Source: Alphaproteobacteria bacterium
GTDB taxonomy: Bacteria > Pseudomonadota > Alphaproteobacteria > JAJFFI01
Reading direction: 5' to 3'
DNA length: 64,000 bases
Assembly: GCA_030066595.1 (NCBI GenBank)
Contig: JASJBI010000023.1
Location: forward strand, 85,717 to 149,716
The translations under genes were made by a program, and so were the position numbers. Positions 1 through 9,047 of the stretch are shown one piece after another (positions within the stretch are counted from its first letter, which is position 1; every line of letters starts with the position of its first letter). The notes below the pieces were generated by a model. That model did no database searches. It was not told the DNA's origin and saw only the letters and a program-made list of their open reading frames with translations.

Positions 1-117
1 CCTCAAGGACGACCCGGCGACCCGCGCCGTGATCGCCTGGATCCGGGACTGCTTCGCGTCGCTGGAGATCTCGTCTGAAATGACAGGATCGGAGCGCCGG
101 CCAACTGCCGAAAGATC

Positions 118-969
118 CTAAGCCGCGCGGATGCCCCGCATGCGCTCGTTGCGCCGGCGCAGCAGCTCGAGCGTCGCCAAGAGCGCGATCGAGACGCAGA
201 TCAGCACGGTGGCCACGGCCAGGATGGTGGGGCTGATCTGCTCCCGGATGCCGGACCACATCTGGCGCGGGATGGTGGTCTGCGCCGGGCCCGACAGGAA
301 CAGCACCGCCACCACCTCGTCGAACGAGGTGATGAAGGCAAACAGCCCGCCCGAGATCACGCCCGGCAGGATCAGCGGCACGATCACCTTGAAGAAGGTG
401 GTCGGCGGGGACGCGCCCAGGCTGGCCGAGGCGCGGGTCAGGCTGTGGTCGAAGCCGACCAGCGTCGCCGTCACGGTGATCACCACGAAGGGCGTGCCGA
501 GCGCGGCATGGGCCAGGATCAGGCCGGGATAGGTCTGGGCCAGGCCGACATTCGAATAGAAGAAGTACATGCCCGCCGCCGAGATGATGATCGGCACGAT
601 CATCGGCGAGATCAGCAACCCCATGATGACGGTGCGGAAAGGCATGAACGGCCGGCTCAGCCCGAGCGCCGCCAGGGTGCCCAAGGCGGTGGCGATGATC
701 GTTGCGGACACGCCAATGATCACGCTGTTCTGGACCGCCTGGATCCATTGCTCGTTGCGGAAGATGTCCTCGTACCAGCGCAGCGAGAAGGCGTCCGGGC
801 TCAAGCTCAACATGCCGGGGGTGAAGGTGAAATAGGGCTCGGCGTTGAAGGACAGCGGCACGATGATCAGGATCGGCGCGATCAGGAACAGGAACACCAG
901 GCCGCAGAAGAACCGGAAGCCGTAATACCAGGCCCGCTCACCAGCGCCGGCATAGGGAGGGAGTGCCAT
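118..969 (-). CDS. ABC transporter permease (PotC/PotI-like, polyamine-type importer)
   Basis: 283-aa polytopic hydrophobic ORF; last gene of a 4-gene ABC operon on the minus strand; 6-nt gap to the upstream permease. Confidence 0.85.
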   Translation of the reverse strand: MALPPYAGAGERAWYYGFRFFCGLVFLFLIAPILIIVPLSFNAEPYFTFTPGMLSLSPDAFSLRWYEDIFRNEQWIQAVQNSVIIGVSATIIATALGTLAALGLSRPFMPFRTVIMGLLISPMIVPIIISAAGMYFFYSNVGLAQTYPGLILAHAALGTPFVVITVTATLVGFDHSLTRASASLGASPPTTFFKVIVPLILPGVISGGLFAFITSFDEVVAVLFLSGPAQTTIPRQMWSGIREQISPTILAVATVLICVSIALLATLELLRRRNERMRGIRAA

Positions 970-975
970 ACCCGT

Positions 976-2238
976 TCACCCGAGCTTCATGTTGTCGACG
1001 CCGACGATGCGGTTGTAGAGGATGTAGAGCGCCAAGACGCCGCCGAGCAGGAGCGCACCCAAGGCGCCGGCCAGGCCCCAGTTCAACGATTTCTGCATGT
1101 GGAAGGCGATCAGGTTGCTGATCAGCTGTCCGGTGCGGCCGCCGACCAGCGCGGGCGTGATGTAGTAGCCGATCGACAGGATGAAGACGAGCAGCGAGCC
1201 CGCGCCGATGCCGGGTATGGTATTCGGGAAGTAGACCCGGAAGAAGGCCGTGGCCGGGGTCGCGCCCAGCGACCGCGCGGCCCGCACATAGCTCGGCGAG
1301 ATGGTCTTCATCACGCTGTACAGCGGCAGCACCATGAACGGGAGCAGGATGTGGGTCATGGCCACCACCGTCCCGGTCATGTTGTAGATCATCTGCACCC
1401 GGCTCTCATCCGAGATCAGACCCAGGGCCACCATGATGTCGTTCAACACGCCCTCGGTCTGCAGCATCACGATCCAGGACGTTGTCCGCACCAGGAGCGA
1501 GGTCCAGAACGGCAACAGCACCAGGATCATCAAGAGATTGCTGATCCGCACCGGCAAGGTCGCCATCAGGAAGGCGATCGGGTAGCCAAGCAACAGGCAC
1601 AGTACGGTGATCCCAAGGCTCACCCACAAGGTGCGCAGGAACAGGGGCACGTAGATCTGGCGGTCTTCGGCTTCGGACACGATCGACAGATCGTCGTCAT
1701 ATTTGAGGTCGAGCGCGGCCAGATAGTGGGTCAGGGTCAGGGGTTCCGACAGCACCTTGAGGGTCGTCCAGGTGCCCTGCTCGCCCCACTTCTTGTCGAT
1801 CTTGATGAGCGCCTCTTTCCACGGTCCGGCCTCGACCTTGGCCAGCCGGCGCGCCGATTTGGTGAACGTACTGCGCATCCCGCTGCGCTCGAAGTTCACG
1901 CGGGTAGCCACCCTGCCGATGGTGCGCGCCTTGCGGGCCGCCACCATCTCTTCGGCGAAGATGGCGAAGGTCGCCTCGTCGGGAATGCCCTGCCCGTCCC
2001 ACTCCTGAAGCGCCGCCGCCGTTCTGGGCAAGAGCGAGGGCAACAGCGAGTTGTCGACGCTGCGCAGCAGCATGCTGCCGATCGGGAAGATGAAGGCGAT
2101 CAGGACGAACGCCAGCAGCGGAATGACCAGCCCGAACGCCTTCAGCCGGTTGTTTCGGGTTGTCACGCGCAGCTTGGTCTTCAGCGGGACGCCGTCCGCT
2201 GTCTGGATGACCGGCCGCTCCATGGTCACGTCAGCCAT
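976..2238 (-). CDS. ABC transporter permease (PotB/PotH-like)
   Basis: 420-aa ORF with multiple TM segments and a permease EAA-loop region (SLGATPATAFFRVYFPNTIPG); sits between the SBP and second permease genes. Confidence 0.85.
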   Translation of the reverse strand: MADVTMERPVIQTADGVPLKTKLRVTTRNNRLKAFGLVIPLLAFVLIAFIFPIGSMLLRSVDNSLLPSLLPRTAAALQEWDGQGIPDEATFAIFAEEMVAARKARTIGRVATRVNFERSGMRSTFTKSARRLAKVEAGPWKEALIKIDKKWGEQGTWTTLKVLSEPLTLTHYLAALDLKYDDDLSIVSEAEDRQIYVPLFLRTLWVSLGITVLCLLLGYPIAFLMATLPVRISNLLMILVLLPFWTSLLVRTTSWIVMLQTEGVLNDIMVALGLISDESRVQMIYNMTGTVVAMTHILLPFMVLPLYSVMKTISPSYVRAARSLGATPATAFFRVYFPNTIPGIGAGSLLVFILSIGYYITPALVGGRTGQLISNLIAFHMQKSLNWGLAGALGALLLGGVLALYILYNRIVGVDNMKLG

Positions 2239-2330
2239 GGGACCCCTTGTGCAGTCTGCCCCTCGGCGAATCGGCTGGCGCCGGGGACAGCGGGAGGGAG
2301 GGCGGCCGCACGACCGCCCTCCGCCTCAGG

Positions 2331-3431
2331 TTACTTGGCCAGCCAGGCCGAGAACCGCTCGTTCAGCTCGTCCTGGTTGTCCGCCCAGAACTCGAAGCTG
2401 TTCTGCAGGGCGGTCTCGAAGTTCGCGGGCGTGGTCGGCATGTGCGGTTTCATGTCGATACCGGTTTCCGCATGCTTGCCCACCAGCGGCGCCGAAGACT
2501 TGCGCGCCGGGCCGTAGGAGATGTACTTGGCCTGGTCGGCGAGCCGCTGGGTGTCGGTCGAGAACTTGATGAACTCCAGCACCGCCTTCTTGTTCTTGGT
2601 GCCCTTGGGGATGCCCCAGAGGTCGATGTCCCAGACCTGGCCGTCCCAGATGATCACGAAGGGCTTGTTCTCGGAGACCTGGGCGTTGAAGATCCGGCCG
2701 TTATAGGCCGAGGTGATGGCCACCTCGCCGTCGGCCAGAAGCTGCGGCGGCTGGGCGCCCGCTTCCCACCAGACGATGCTGTCCTTGATGCTGTCCAGCT
2801 TCTTGAAGGCGCGGTCCCGGCCCTCGTCCGTCTCCAGCGTCTCATAGACCTTGTTGGCCGGCACGCCATCCGCCATCAGCGCCCATTCCAGGTTGATCTT
2901 CGGCGACTTGCGCAGGCCCCGCTTGCCCGGGAACGTCTTGGTGTCGAAGAAATCCGCGAGCGTCGTGGGCTTTTTGCCCGAGAACTTGGTGTCGTCATAG
3001 GCGACGATCGTCGACCACAGGATGGTGGCGACGCCGCACTCGTGCAGAGTGCCCTCGATGAAGTCCTCGGCCGCCGCCATGCCCTTGGGCGAAGGCGGCA
3101 GGATGGAGGCGTCGATCGGCTCCAAGAGGCCCTCGTCGCAGCCGCGCACGACATCGGCCAGCTCCAGATCGACCGCGTCCCAGGTAACGTTGCCGGCCTC
3201 GACCTGGGCCTTGATCTCCGCGAGCCCGCCGTTGTAGTCGACGGAATTGATCTTGTTGCCGGTCTTGGCCATCCACGGCTTGTGGTAGGCCTCGACCTGG
3301 CTCTTGGTGTAGGCGCCGCCCCAGGACACCACGGTGATGGTGTCCGCCGCGGAGGCCGCGCCGGCCGCGGCGAGGCTCAAGGCCACCGCCCCGGCCACCG
3401 CAAAGCTCGTCTTCGGAAGAATACCCGTCAT
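2331..3431 (-). CDS. ABC transporter periplasmic substrate-binding protein (PotD/PotF family)
   Basis: ORF 2331..3572 trimmed to Met48 (MTGILPKTSFAVAGAVALSLAAAGAASA is a signal peptide); ~365 aa mature size typical of a family-1 SBP. Confidence 0.8.
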   Translation of the reverse strand: MTGILPKTSFAVAGAVALSLAAAGAASAADTITVVSWGGAYTKSQVEAYHKPWMAKTGNKINSVDYNGGLAEIKAQVEAGNVTWDAVDLELADVVRGCDEGLLEPIDASILPPSPKGMAAAEDFIEGTLHECGVATILWSTIVAYDDTKFSGKKPTTLADFFDTKTFPGKRGLRKSPKINLEWALMADGVPANKVYETLETDEGRDRAFKKLDSIKDSIVWWEAGAQPPQLLADGEVAITSAYNGRIFNAQVSENKPFVIIWDGQVWDIDLWGIPKGTKNKKAVLEFIKFSTDTQRLADQAKYISYGPARKSSAPLVGKHAETGIDMKPHMPTTPANFETALQNSFEFWADNQDELNERFSAWLAK

Positions 3432-3538
3432 CGATTTCCTACTCCCTGTTTGCTGTCTGCCGGTTGCACCGGCTGTTTGCCTAGATCCGGCCGGCGCCAT
3501 GTGCCGCCGTCCCCAGACCGTTGAAATCCGGTTCGCCC

Positions 3539-4642
3539 TCACGTCCGGACGGACGCATCGAGCGCACGGCAATCCTCGGCCATCCAGCCCACCTTGACCT
3601 GTTCGCCCGGCTTGAGGTGGGCGTGGCCGGCGGCGTTCGGCACCTTGACGATGAAATCGTCATGGCCGCACAGATTGACCCGGGTCCGCACGTGATCGCC
3701 GAGATAGATCAGCTCTTCCACGCGGGCGTCGAACACGTTCGGCACGCTGCCGTTGGTCGGGTTGATGACCACCCGCTCGGGCCGCAGCGATAGCGTGGTC
3801 TCGGTCCCCTGGCCGTCGATGTTCACGGCCAGCGCCTGCACTTCGCCGCCGCCCTCGAGCTCGACCGTGCAGCCGCTGCCGTTAACGCCCCGGACCTGGC
3901 CGAAGAGCCGGTTGTTCTCGCCGATGAAGCTCGCGACGAAAGCGTTGTCAGGCTTCTCATACAAGACGTCCGGCGCGGCCAGCTGTTGGATCACGCCGTC
4001 GTCGAACACCGCGATGCGGTTCGACATGGTCAGTGCCTCGGACTGGTCGTGGGTGACATAGACCACCGTGACCTCGAGGTTCTCGTGGATGTGCTTGATC
4101 TCATATTGCATCTGCTCGCGCAGATTCTTGTCCAGCGCACCCAGGGGCTCGTCCATCAGCACCAGCTTGGGGTCGAAGACCAAGGCCCGCGCCACGGCCA
4201 CGCGTTGCTGCTGGCCGCCGGAGAGCTGGCCCGGCCGGCGCCCGCCGAAACCGCCGAGCTGGACCATGTCGAGGGCCCGGTTGACCCGCTGGGTGGTCTC
4301 TTCCTTGGGCGCCTTGCGCACCTGCAGCGGAAAGGCCAGGTTCTCCGCCACCGTCATGTGCGGGAACAGGGCGTAGTTCTGGAACACCATGCCGATGTCA
4401 CGCTTGTGCGGCGGCACATTGTTGATGGGATTGCCGTCCAGATAGATCTCACCATGGGTCGCGGGCTCGAACCCCGCGAGCATCATCAGGCAGGTGGTCT
4501 TGCCCGAACCCGAGGGGCCGAGCATGGTGATGAACTCGCCCTTCTCGATATCGAGATTGAGATTTTTGACGACGAGGGTCTCGCCGTCATAGCTCTTCTG
4601 GACTTCTCGAAAGCTGACGTAGGCCTCAATGCTGTTCGCCAT
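3539..4642 (-). CDS. ABC transporter ATP-binding protein (PotA/PotG-like)
   Basis: Walker [12 protein letters not shown] signature [15 protein letters not shown], Walker [14 protein letters not shown]-terminal TOBE-like domain; start trimmed to MANSIEAY (cat at 4640-4642). Confidence 0.85.
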   Translation of the reverse strand: MANSIEAYVSFREVQKSYDGETLVVKNLNLDIEKGEFITMLGPSGSGKTTCLMMLAGFEPATHGEIYLDGNPINNVPPHKRDIGMVFQNYALFPHMTVAENLAFPLQVRKAPKEETTQRVNRALDMVQLGGFGGRRPGQLSGGQQQRVAVARALVFDPKLVLMDEPLGALDKNLREQMQYEIKHIHENLEVTVVYVTHDQSEALTMSNRIAVFDDGVIQQLAAPDVLYEKPDNAFVASFIGENNRLFGQVRGVNGSGCTVELEGGGEVQALAVNIDGQGTETTLSLRPERVVINPTNGSVPNVFDARVEELIYLGDHVRTRVNLCGHDDFIVKVPNAAGHAHLKPGEQVKVGWMAEDCRALDASVRT

Positions 4643-4945
4643 GACCCGGCAATTGCCCCAACCCTGTTCAATGTCCCCGTCCTGATGGCGGGGTGTTTTT
4701 TTTCTTGCTGGCGCGCCAGAAGGCCGGCGGCCCCTCTGGCATGCCAGCGCAAATACTAAGGGATAACTTGGTGGAGGAAAACCCCGCGATTCCGACGCTT
4801 TTCCGTCGGATTCCGGCATCATGGCCAGCTCCGCCCAGCCAGACCAGTGAGCGATATCATCCAAGAATCAGGAGCTTATCGCCTACGCGGCCATGGAAAC
4901 CAAGACCGCGCATGAGGACCTGACAACGCCGCTCAGGCGCGTGCC

Positions 4946-6160
4946 TCAGGCCGCCTGGCGGAGGTGGAGCCGCTCCCAGACCTGGGTCAGCGCGGCGACC
5001 AGCGCGTCCATCTTGGCGTCGTCGTGCAGGGGCGAGGGCGTGATCCTGAGCCGCTCGGTGCCCTTGGGCACGGTCGGGTAGTTGATCGGCTGGATGTAGA
5101 TGCCGTGCTCCGCCATCAAGAGGTCGCTGGCCTGCTTGCAGGCCACCGGATCGCCCACCAGCACCGGCACGATATGGGTCTCGGACGGCATCACCGGCAG
5201 CCCCGCCTCGGCCAGGAGGTGCTTGAGCCGGGCCGCCCGCTCCTGATGCCGGTCGCGCTCCGTCTGGCTCGCCTTCAGGTGCCGCACCGAGGCCAGCGCC
5301 GCCGCCACCAGGGCCGGCGCCAGGGCGGTCGTGAAGATGAAACCCGGCGCGTAGCTGCGCACCGCGTCCACCAGTGCCGCCGAGCCCGCGATGTAGCCGC
5401 CCATCACCCCAAACGCCTTGGCCAAAGTGCCCTCGATCACCGTCAGCCGGTCCATCACCCCGTCCCGCTCGGCGATCCCGGCGCCCCGCGGGCCATAGAG
5501 ACCGACCGCGTGCACCTCGTCCAAATACGTCATCGCCCCGTAGCGCTCCGCCAGATCGCAGATCGCCCCGATCGGCGCCACGTCGCCATCCATGGAATAG
5601 ACCGACTCGAAGGCCACCAGCTTGGGCGCGTCTTGAGGCGCCGCCGCCAGCAACTCCTCCAGATGGGCCAGATCGTTGTGCCGGAAGATCCGCTTCTCCG
5701 TCCCGGAATGCTTGATCCCCTCGATCATCGAGGCGTGGTTCCAAGCGTCCGAAAAGATGATGCAGCCCGGCAGCAGCTTCGCCATGGTGCTCAAGCAGGC
5801 CTCGTTCGCCACATAGCCCGAGGTGAACAACAAGGCCGCCTCGGTCCCGTGCAGGTCCGCCAGCTCCCGCTCCAACAAAACATGCTGGTGCGTCGTCCCC
5901 GAGATGTTGCGCGTGCCGCCCGCCCCCGCCCCCATGCGCTCGGCCGTCGCCGTCATCGCCGCAACCACGTCCGCGTGCTGGCCCATGCCCAGATAGTCGT
6001 TCGAGCACCAGATCACCACGTCCCGCGGATCCTCGCCCCCACCGTAGCTCAAGGCCTCCGGAAACCGACCGCAGCGCCGCTCCAAATCCGCAAACACACG
6101 GTACCGACCCTCACCCTTGACCTGCTCGACCGCCTGACGAAACCGCTCTTCGTAGTTCAT
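4946..6160 (-). CDS. hemA: 5-aminolevulinate synthase
   Basis: Full-length similarity pattern to ALAS ([26 protein letters not shown]-lysine region [12 protein letters not shown]); start trimmed to MNYEERFRQ (cat at 6158-6160). Confidence 0.9.
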   Translation of the reverse strand: MNYEERFRQAVEQVKGEGRYRVFADLERRCGRFPEALSYGGGEDPRDVVIWCSNDYLGMGQHADVVAAMTATAERMGAGAGGTRNISGTTHQHVLLERELADLHGTEAALLFTSGYVANEACLSTMAKLLPGCIIFSDAWNHASMIEGIKHSGTEKRIFRHNDLAHLEELLAAAPQDAPKLVAFESVYSMDGDVAPIGAICDLAERYGAMTYLDEVHAVGLYGPRGAGIAERDGVMDRLTVIEGTLAKAFGVMGGYIAGSAALVDAVRSYAPGFIFTTALAPALVAAALASVRHLKASQTERDRHQERAARLKHLLAEAGLPVMPSETHIVPVLVGDPVACKQASDLLMAEHGIYIQPINYPTVPKGTERLRITPSPLHDDAKMDALVAALTQVWERLHLRQAA

Positions 6161-6253
6161 GATGCGCTCCCACACGCTGCCTCCCGCTCGCGCCGACGAT
6201 CCGGCCGCGAGGGGGTGCCTTACTTTATATCTGTGCCCATTTAGCGCCAAGCT

Positions 6254-6274
6254 TGGTTAATTGGCCATTAACCA
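6254..6274. promoter_or_regulatory. AT-rich perfect inverted repeat TGGTTAAT-N5-ATTAACCA in hemA upstream region (candidate operator)
   Basis: 8-bp perfect arms, centred ~105 nt upstream of the hemA start codon, inside the only AT-rich stretch (6219-6275) of a 68% GC region. Confidence 0.35.
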
Positions 6275-6393
6275 TAGGGTCGCAGTCTGCACGGCACTCA
6301 GCCGCTTCGCGTGATAGAACCGCACCGATCAGCAGACCGGCTACCTGTCCATCTTGTGTGGCCGAGTTGCCGGAGCAACACCGCTAGGACGAT

Positions 6394-7233
6394 ATGCCGA
6401 AAAGCCTTCCACAGCGCCTGAGGCGACGGGTCAGAGGCCGGATCCGGTCGGCGCTCGGTGACCTCCGCCTGCTGCCCTTCGTTCTTCCCCGCCGCTTCCA
6501 CGCCTACGGGTGCGGCATAGGCAAGACGGGCACCCACTCGATCAACGCGATCTTCAGCAACTATCGCACGGCCCATGAAGTCGACATACGGCGAACGGTA
6601 AGGCTTGTCGTCGCCTACAGGGATGGCACCATTTCGGATCAGGAGATCGAGCGGCTCCTGCTGCGACGCGACCGCCAACTTTGGCTGGAAATGGACTCGT
6701 CCGGCATCAACGGCGACCTGGCCAAGCCCCTGGCAAGGATCAGCCCCGAGGCGAAATTCGTCCTGACCATCCGCGATGTGTACAGCTGGGCCGATTCAGC
6801 CATCAACCAGATCATCAACTTTCGTCCCTTGACCACGCCGTGGGCCCCACTGTACCGGAGACGCTTGCGGCTCGGCGTTCTTCACCACACGCCTCAGGAT
6901 GAACCGCTCGAATCGCGCGGTCTTCCCCCTCTCGCGTCCTTCATGATCTCCTGGGATGAACGCAACCGAAATGTGCTCGACTCGGTGCCCGACGACCGTC
7001 TCATGATCGTGAGAACGCCTGAGATCGGGGCACAGGCCGCGGCGATCGGAGCCTTTGTCGGCGTGCCCGCGGACAACTTGGTTCTCGAGCGCGCGCAAAG
7101 CTACGTGACGAAGAACAAGCACGGCGTGTTGGCCGAGCTGGACAGCGCTTACGTTCGGGACATGGCCGAGCGATATTGCGGCGACCTGATGCGCCGGTTC
7201 TTTCCGGACGTTAGGCCCTATGACGGAACCTGA
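6394..7233 (+). CDS. sulfotransferase-family protein (hypothetical)
   Basis: 279 aa; N-terminal P-loop-like PAPS-binding-type motif GCGIGKTGTHS; lower GC and more A/T-ending codons than neighbours. Functional call is from the motif only. Confidence 0.5.
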   Translation: MPKSLPQRLRRRVRGRIRSALGDLRLLPFVLPRRFHAYGCGIGKTGTHSINAIFSNYRTAHEVDIRRTVRLVVAYRDGTISDQEIERLLLRRDRQLWLEMDSSGINGDLAKPLARISPEAKFVLTIRDVYSWADSAINQIINFRPLTTPWAPLYRRRLRLGVLHHTPQDEPLESRGLPPLASFMISWDERNRNVLDSVPDDRLMIVRTPEIGAQAAAIGAFVGVPADNLVLERAQSYVTKNKHGVLAELDSAYVRDMAERYCGDLMRRFFPDVRPYDGT

Positions 7234-7461
7234 CGCCGTCGTCTGAGGCCCGCTCGCCCCGCATGTCGCAGGGCCACCAGAATCCGTCCGGGTCGCAACA
7301 GGCGCCGATTTGCCGCTACCCTAGCGTTTCGACGAAAAACAGGACAGCACGCGGGACTTCGAGGGCAGACCATGACGGACGTTGACGGCTCAAGACCCGG
7401 ATTATTCTGTCGCTGGACGGCGCCGTCCCGCCGTCGCGCCGCGGCCTGAGGGAGCGACCGG

Positions 7462-7956
7462 ATGTACGCGGTCCGCCTCTGGTCGGTGCGCCACGCCAAG
7501 GGGCTGAACCGCCTCTATCACGCATTCGAGTGGGTGATCCGCCGGCTGCACCCCCTGTGCGCGCGGATCGGCTATGACCGGCTCGAGCGCCCGGTGGCGG
7601 CGGTCGAGAAACCGATCAAGGAATTCCTGTTCGACTGTCGCATGTGCGGCCAGTGCGTTCTGTCCGAGACCGGCATGTCCTGCCCGATGAACTGTCCCAA
7701 GGCGCTGCGCAACGGGCCCTGCGGCGGGGTGCGGGCGGATGGCGGCTGCGAGGTCGAGCCCGAGATGCGCTGCGTCTGGGTCGCCGCCTGGGAGGGCGCC
7801 CAGCGCATGGGCACGGAGCCGACCCTGGCGCTGCAGGCGCCCGTAGACCACAGCCTGCTCGGCCGCTCCTCCTGGCTGCGCGTGGTCCGCGCGCTCGGCC
7901 AAGAGGCCCAGCCTGTGGCGGACGAAGGCCGCAAGGGGGCGACGGTGCCGCGATGA
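7462..7956 (+). CDS. MTHFR C-terminal-domain (MetV-like) Cys-rich protein
   Basis: Cys cluster CRMCGQCVLSETGMSCPMNCPKALRNGPCGG; SD GAGGGAG 10 nt upstream; ATGA stop/start overlap with the downstream metF-like gene. Confidence 0.6.
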   Translation: MYAVRLWSVRHAKGLNRLYHAFEWVIRRLHPLCARIGYDRLERPVAAVEKPIKEFLFDCRMCGQCVLSETGMSCPMNCPKALRNGPCGGVRADGGCEVEPEMRCVWVAAWEGAQRMGTEPTLALQAPVDHSLLGRSSWLRVVRALGQEAQPVADEGRKGATVPR

Positions 7957-9047
7957 GCCAGGACGAAGGCGAGGTCCGCGAAGATCTGTTCGGCTATGCC
8001 AGTCCCGGCCCGCCGCCGCCCGGCTATTCCTCGCACGGATGGCTCGAGCATCTCTTGCGCAGCGGCGTGTTCGCGGTGACCGCGGAGCTCAACCCACCGG
8101 ACTCCGCCGATCCCTACGAGGTCTACGAGCGCGCCGCGGTCCTGGCCGAGGTGGTCGACGCGATCAACGCCACCGACGCCTCGGGCGCCAATGTGCACAT
8201 GTCCAGCGTCGGCATCTGCGCGCTCTTGACCCGGGACGATCTGGCGCCGGTGCTGCAGGTCTCCTGCCGGGACCGCAACCGCATCGCCATCCAGGGCGAC
8301 GTCCTTGGGGCCGCCGCCATGGGCGTATGCAACGTCTTGTGTCTGACCGGCGACGGGGTCGGCGTCGGCGACCAGCCCGAGGCCAAGCCGGTCTTCGATC
8401 TCGACTGCATGTCGCTCTTGAGCACGATCCGGATGATGCGGGACGAGGGCCGGTTTCTCTCCGGCCGGCCGCTCACCGAGCCGCCCAAGGTGTTCCTCGG
8501 CGCGGCCGCCAACCCGTTCGTGCCGCCCTACGACTTCCGCCCGCTCCGGCTGGCCAAGAAGATCGAGGCGGGCGCCCAGTTCGTGCAGACCAACTATTGC
8601 TTCGACCTGCCGATCCTCAAGGACTACATGGCCCGGGTGCGGGACCTGGGCCTCGACGAGACCTGCTTCATCCTGGTCGGCGTGGGGCCGCTGGCGAGCG
8701 CCCGCGCGGCCCGGTGGATCCGCTCCCGGGTGCCCGGCATCCACATCCCGGACGCGGTGGTCGAGCGGCTCGAACGCGCCGGCGACCCGCGCCTCGAGGG
8801 CAAGAAGCTCTGCATCGAGCTGATCCAGGAGATCCGCGAGATGCCGGGCGTGGCCGGCGTGCACATCATGGCCTACCGCCAGGAGGAGATGGTGGCCGAC
8901 ATCGTCGCCGAGTCGGGCGTGCTGGAAGGCCGCACCGAGGCGCAGATCGGGCTCGCCGGGCTCAGGCGGCAGCAGGCCCGCAAGCGCCGGACGATGCTGG
9001 AGATTCTCGGGCGCAGATTCCGTCGGACAGAAGACCGGGATAGCTGA
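7953..9047 (+). CDS. metF: 5,10-methylenetetrahydrofolate reductase (MetF family)
   Basis: ORF 7644..9047 trimmed to MSQDEGEV (atg 7953-7955); MetF-family TIM-barrel pattern (AVTAELNPP..., QFVQTNYCFD..., HIMAYRQEEM). Confidence 0.8.
   Translation: MSQDEGEVREDLFGYASPGPPPPGYSSHGWLEHLLRSGVFAVTAELNPPDSADPYEVYERAAVLAEVVDAINATDASGANVHMSSVGICALLTRDDLAPVLQVSCRDRNRIAIQGDVLGAAAMGVCNVLCLTGDGVGVGDQPEAKPVFDLDCMSLLSTIRMMRDEGRFLSGRPLTEPPKVFLGAAANPFVPPYDFRPLRLAKKIEAGAQFVQTNYCFDLPILKDYMARVRDLGLDETCFILVGVGPLASARAARWIRSRVPGIHIPDAVVERLERAGDPRLEGKKLCIELIQEIREMPGVAGVHIMAYRQEEMVADIVAESGVLEGRTEAQIGLAGLRRQQARKRRTMLEILGRRFRRTEDRDS

Noticed and set aside
1-117. Possible 3' fragment of a plus-strand gene entering the window (…LKDDPATRAVIAWIRDCFASLEISSEMTG…)
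   Set aside because: It is too short to assign, and its frame and stop could not be fixed confidently by eye; left unannotated.
445-2517. 690-aa plus-strand ORF, and similar very long ORFs (22099..24237, 38864..42133, 54840..56855, 57148..58434, 15383..17146, 13184..14482)
   Set aside because: All are antisense or out of frame relative to well-supported genes. Their translations are dominated by R/G/D/H/Q/A runs with no hydrophobic core or motifs. These are the usual open-frame artefacts of a ~68% GC genome.
7298-7345. Possible SAM-II-like riboswitch upstream of the metV/metF pair (GGCGCCGATTTGCCGCTACCCTAGCGTTTCGACGAAAAACAGG)
   Set aside because: It has a GAUUU ... AAAAA arrangement reminiscent of SAM-II. 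But I cannot reconstruct a convincing P1 helix or pseudoknot by eye, and it lies ~120 nt from the start codon rather than abutting the SD. It would need an Rfam RF00521 covariance-model scan; not claimed.
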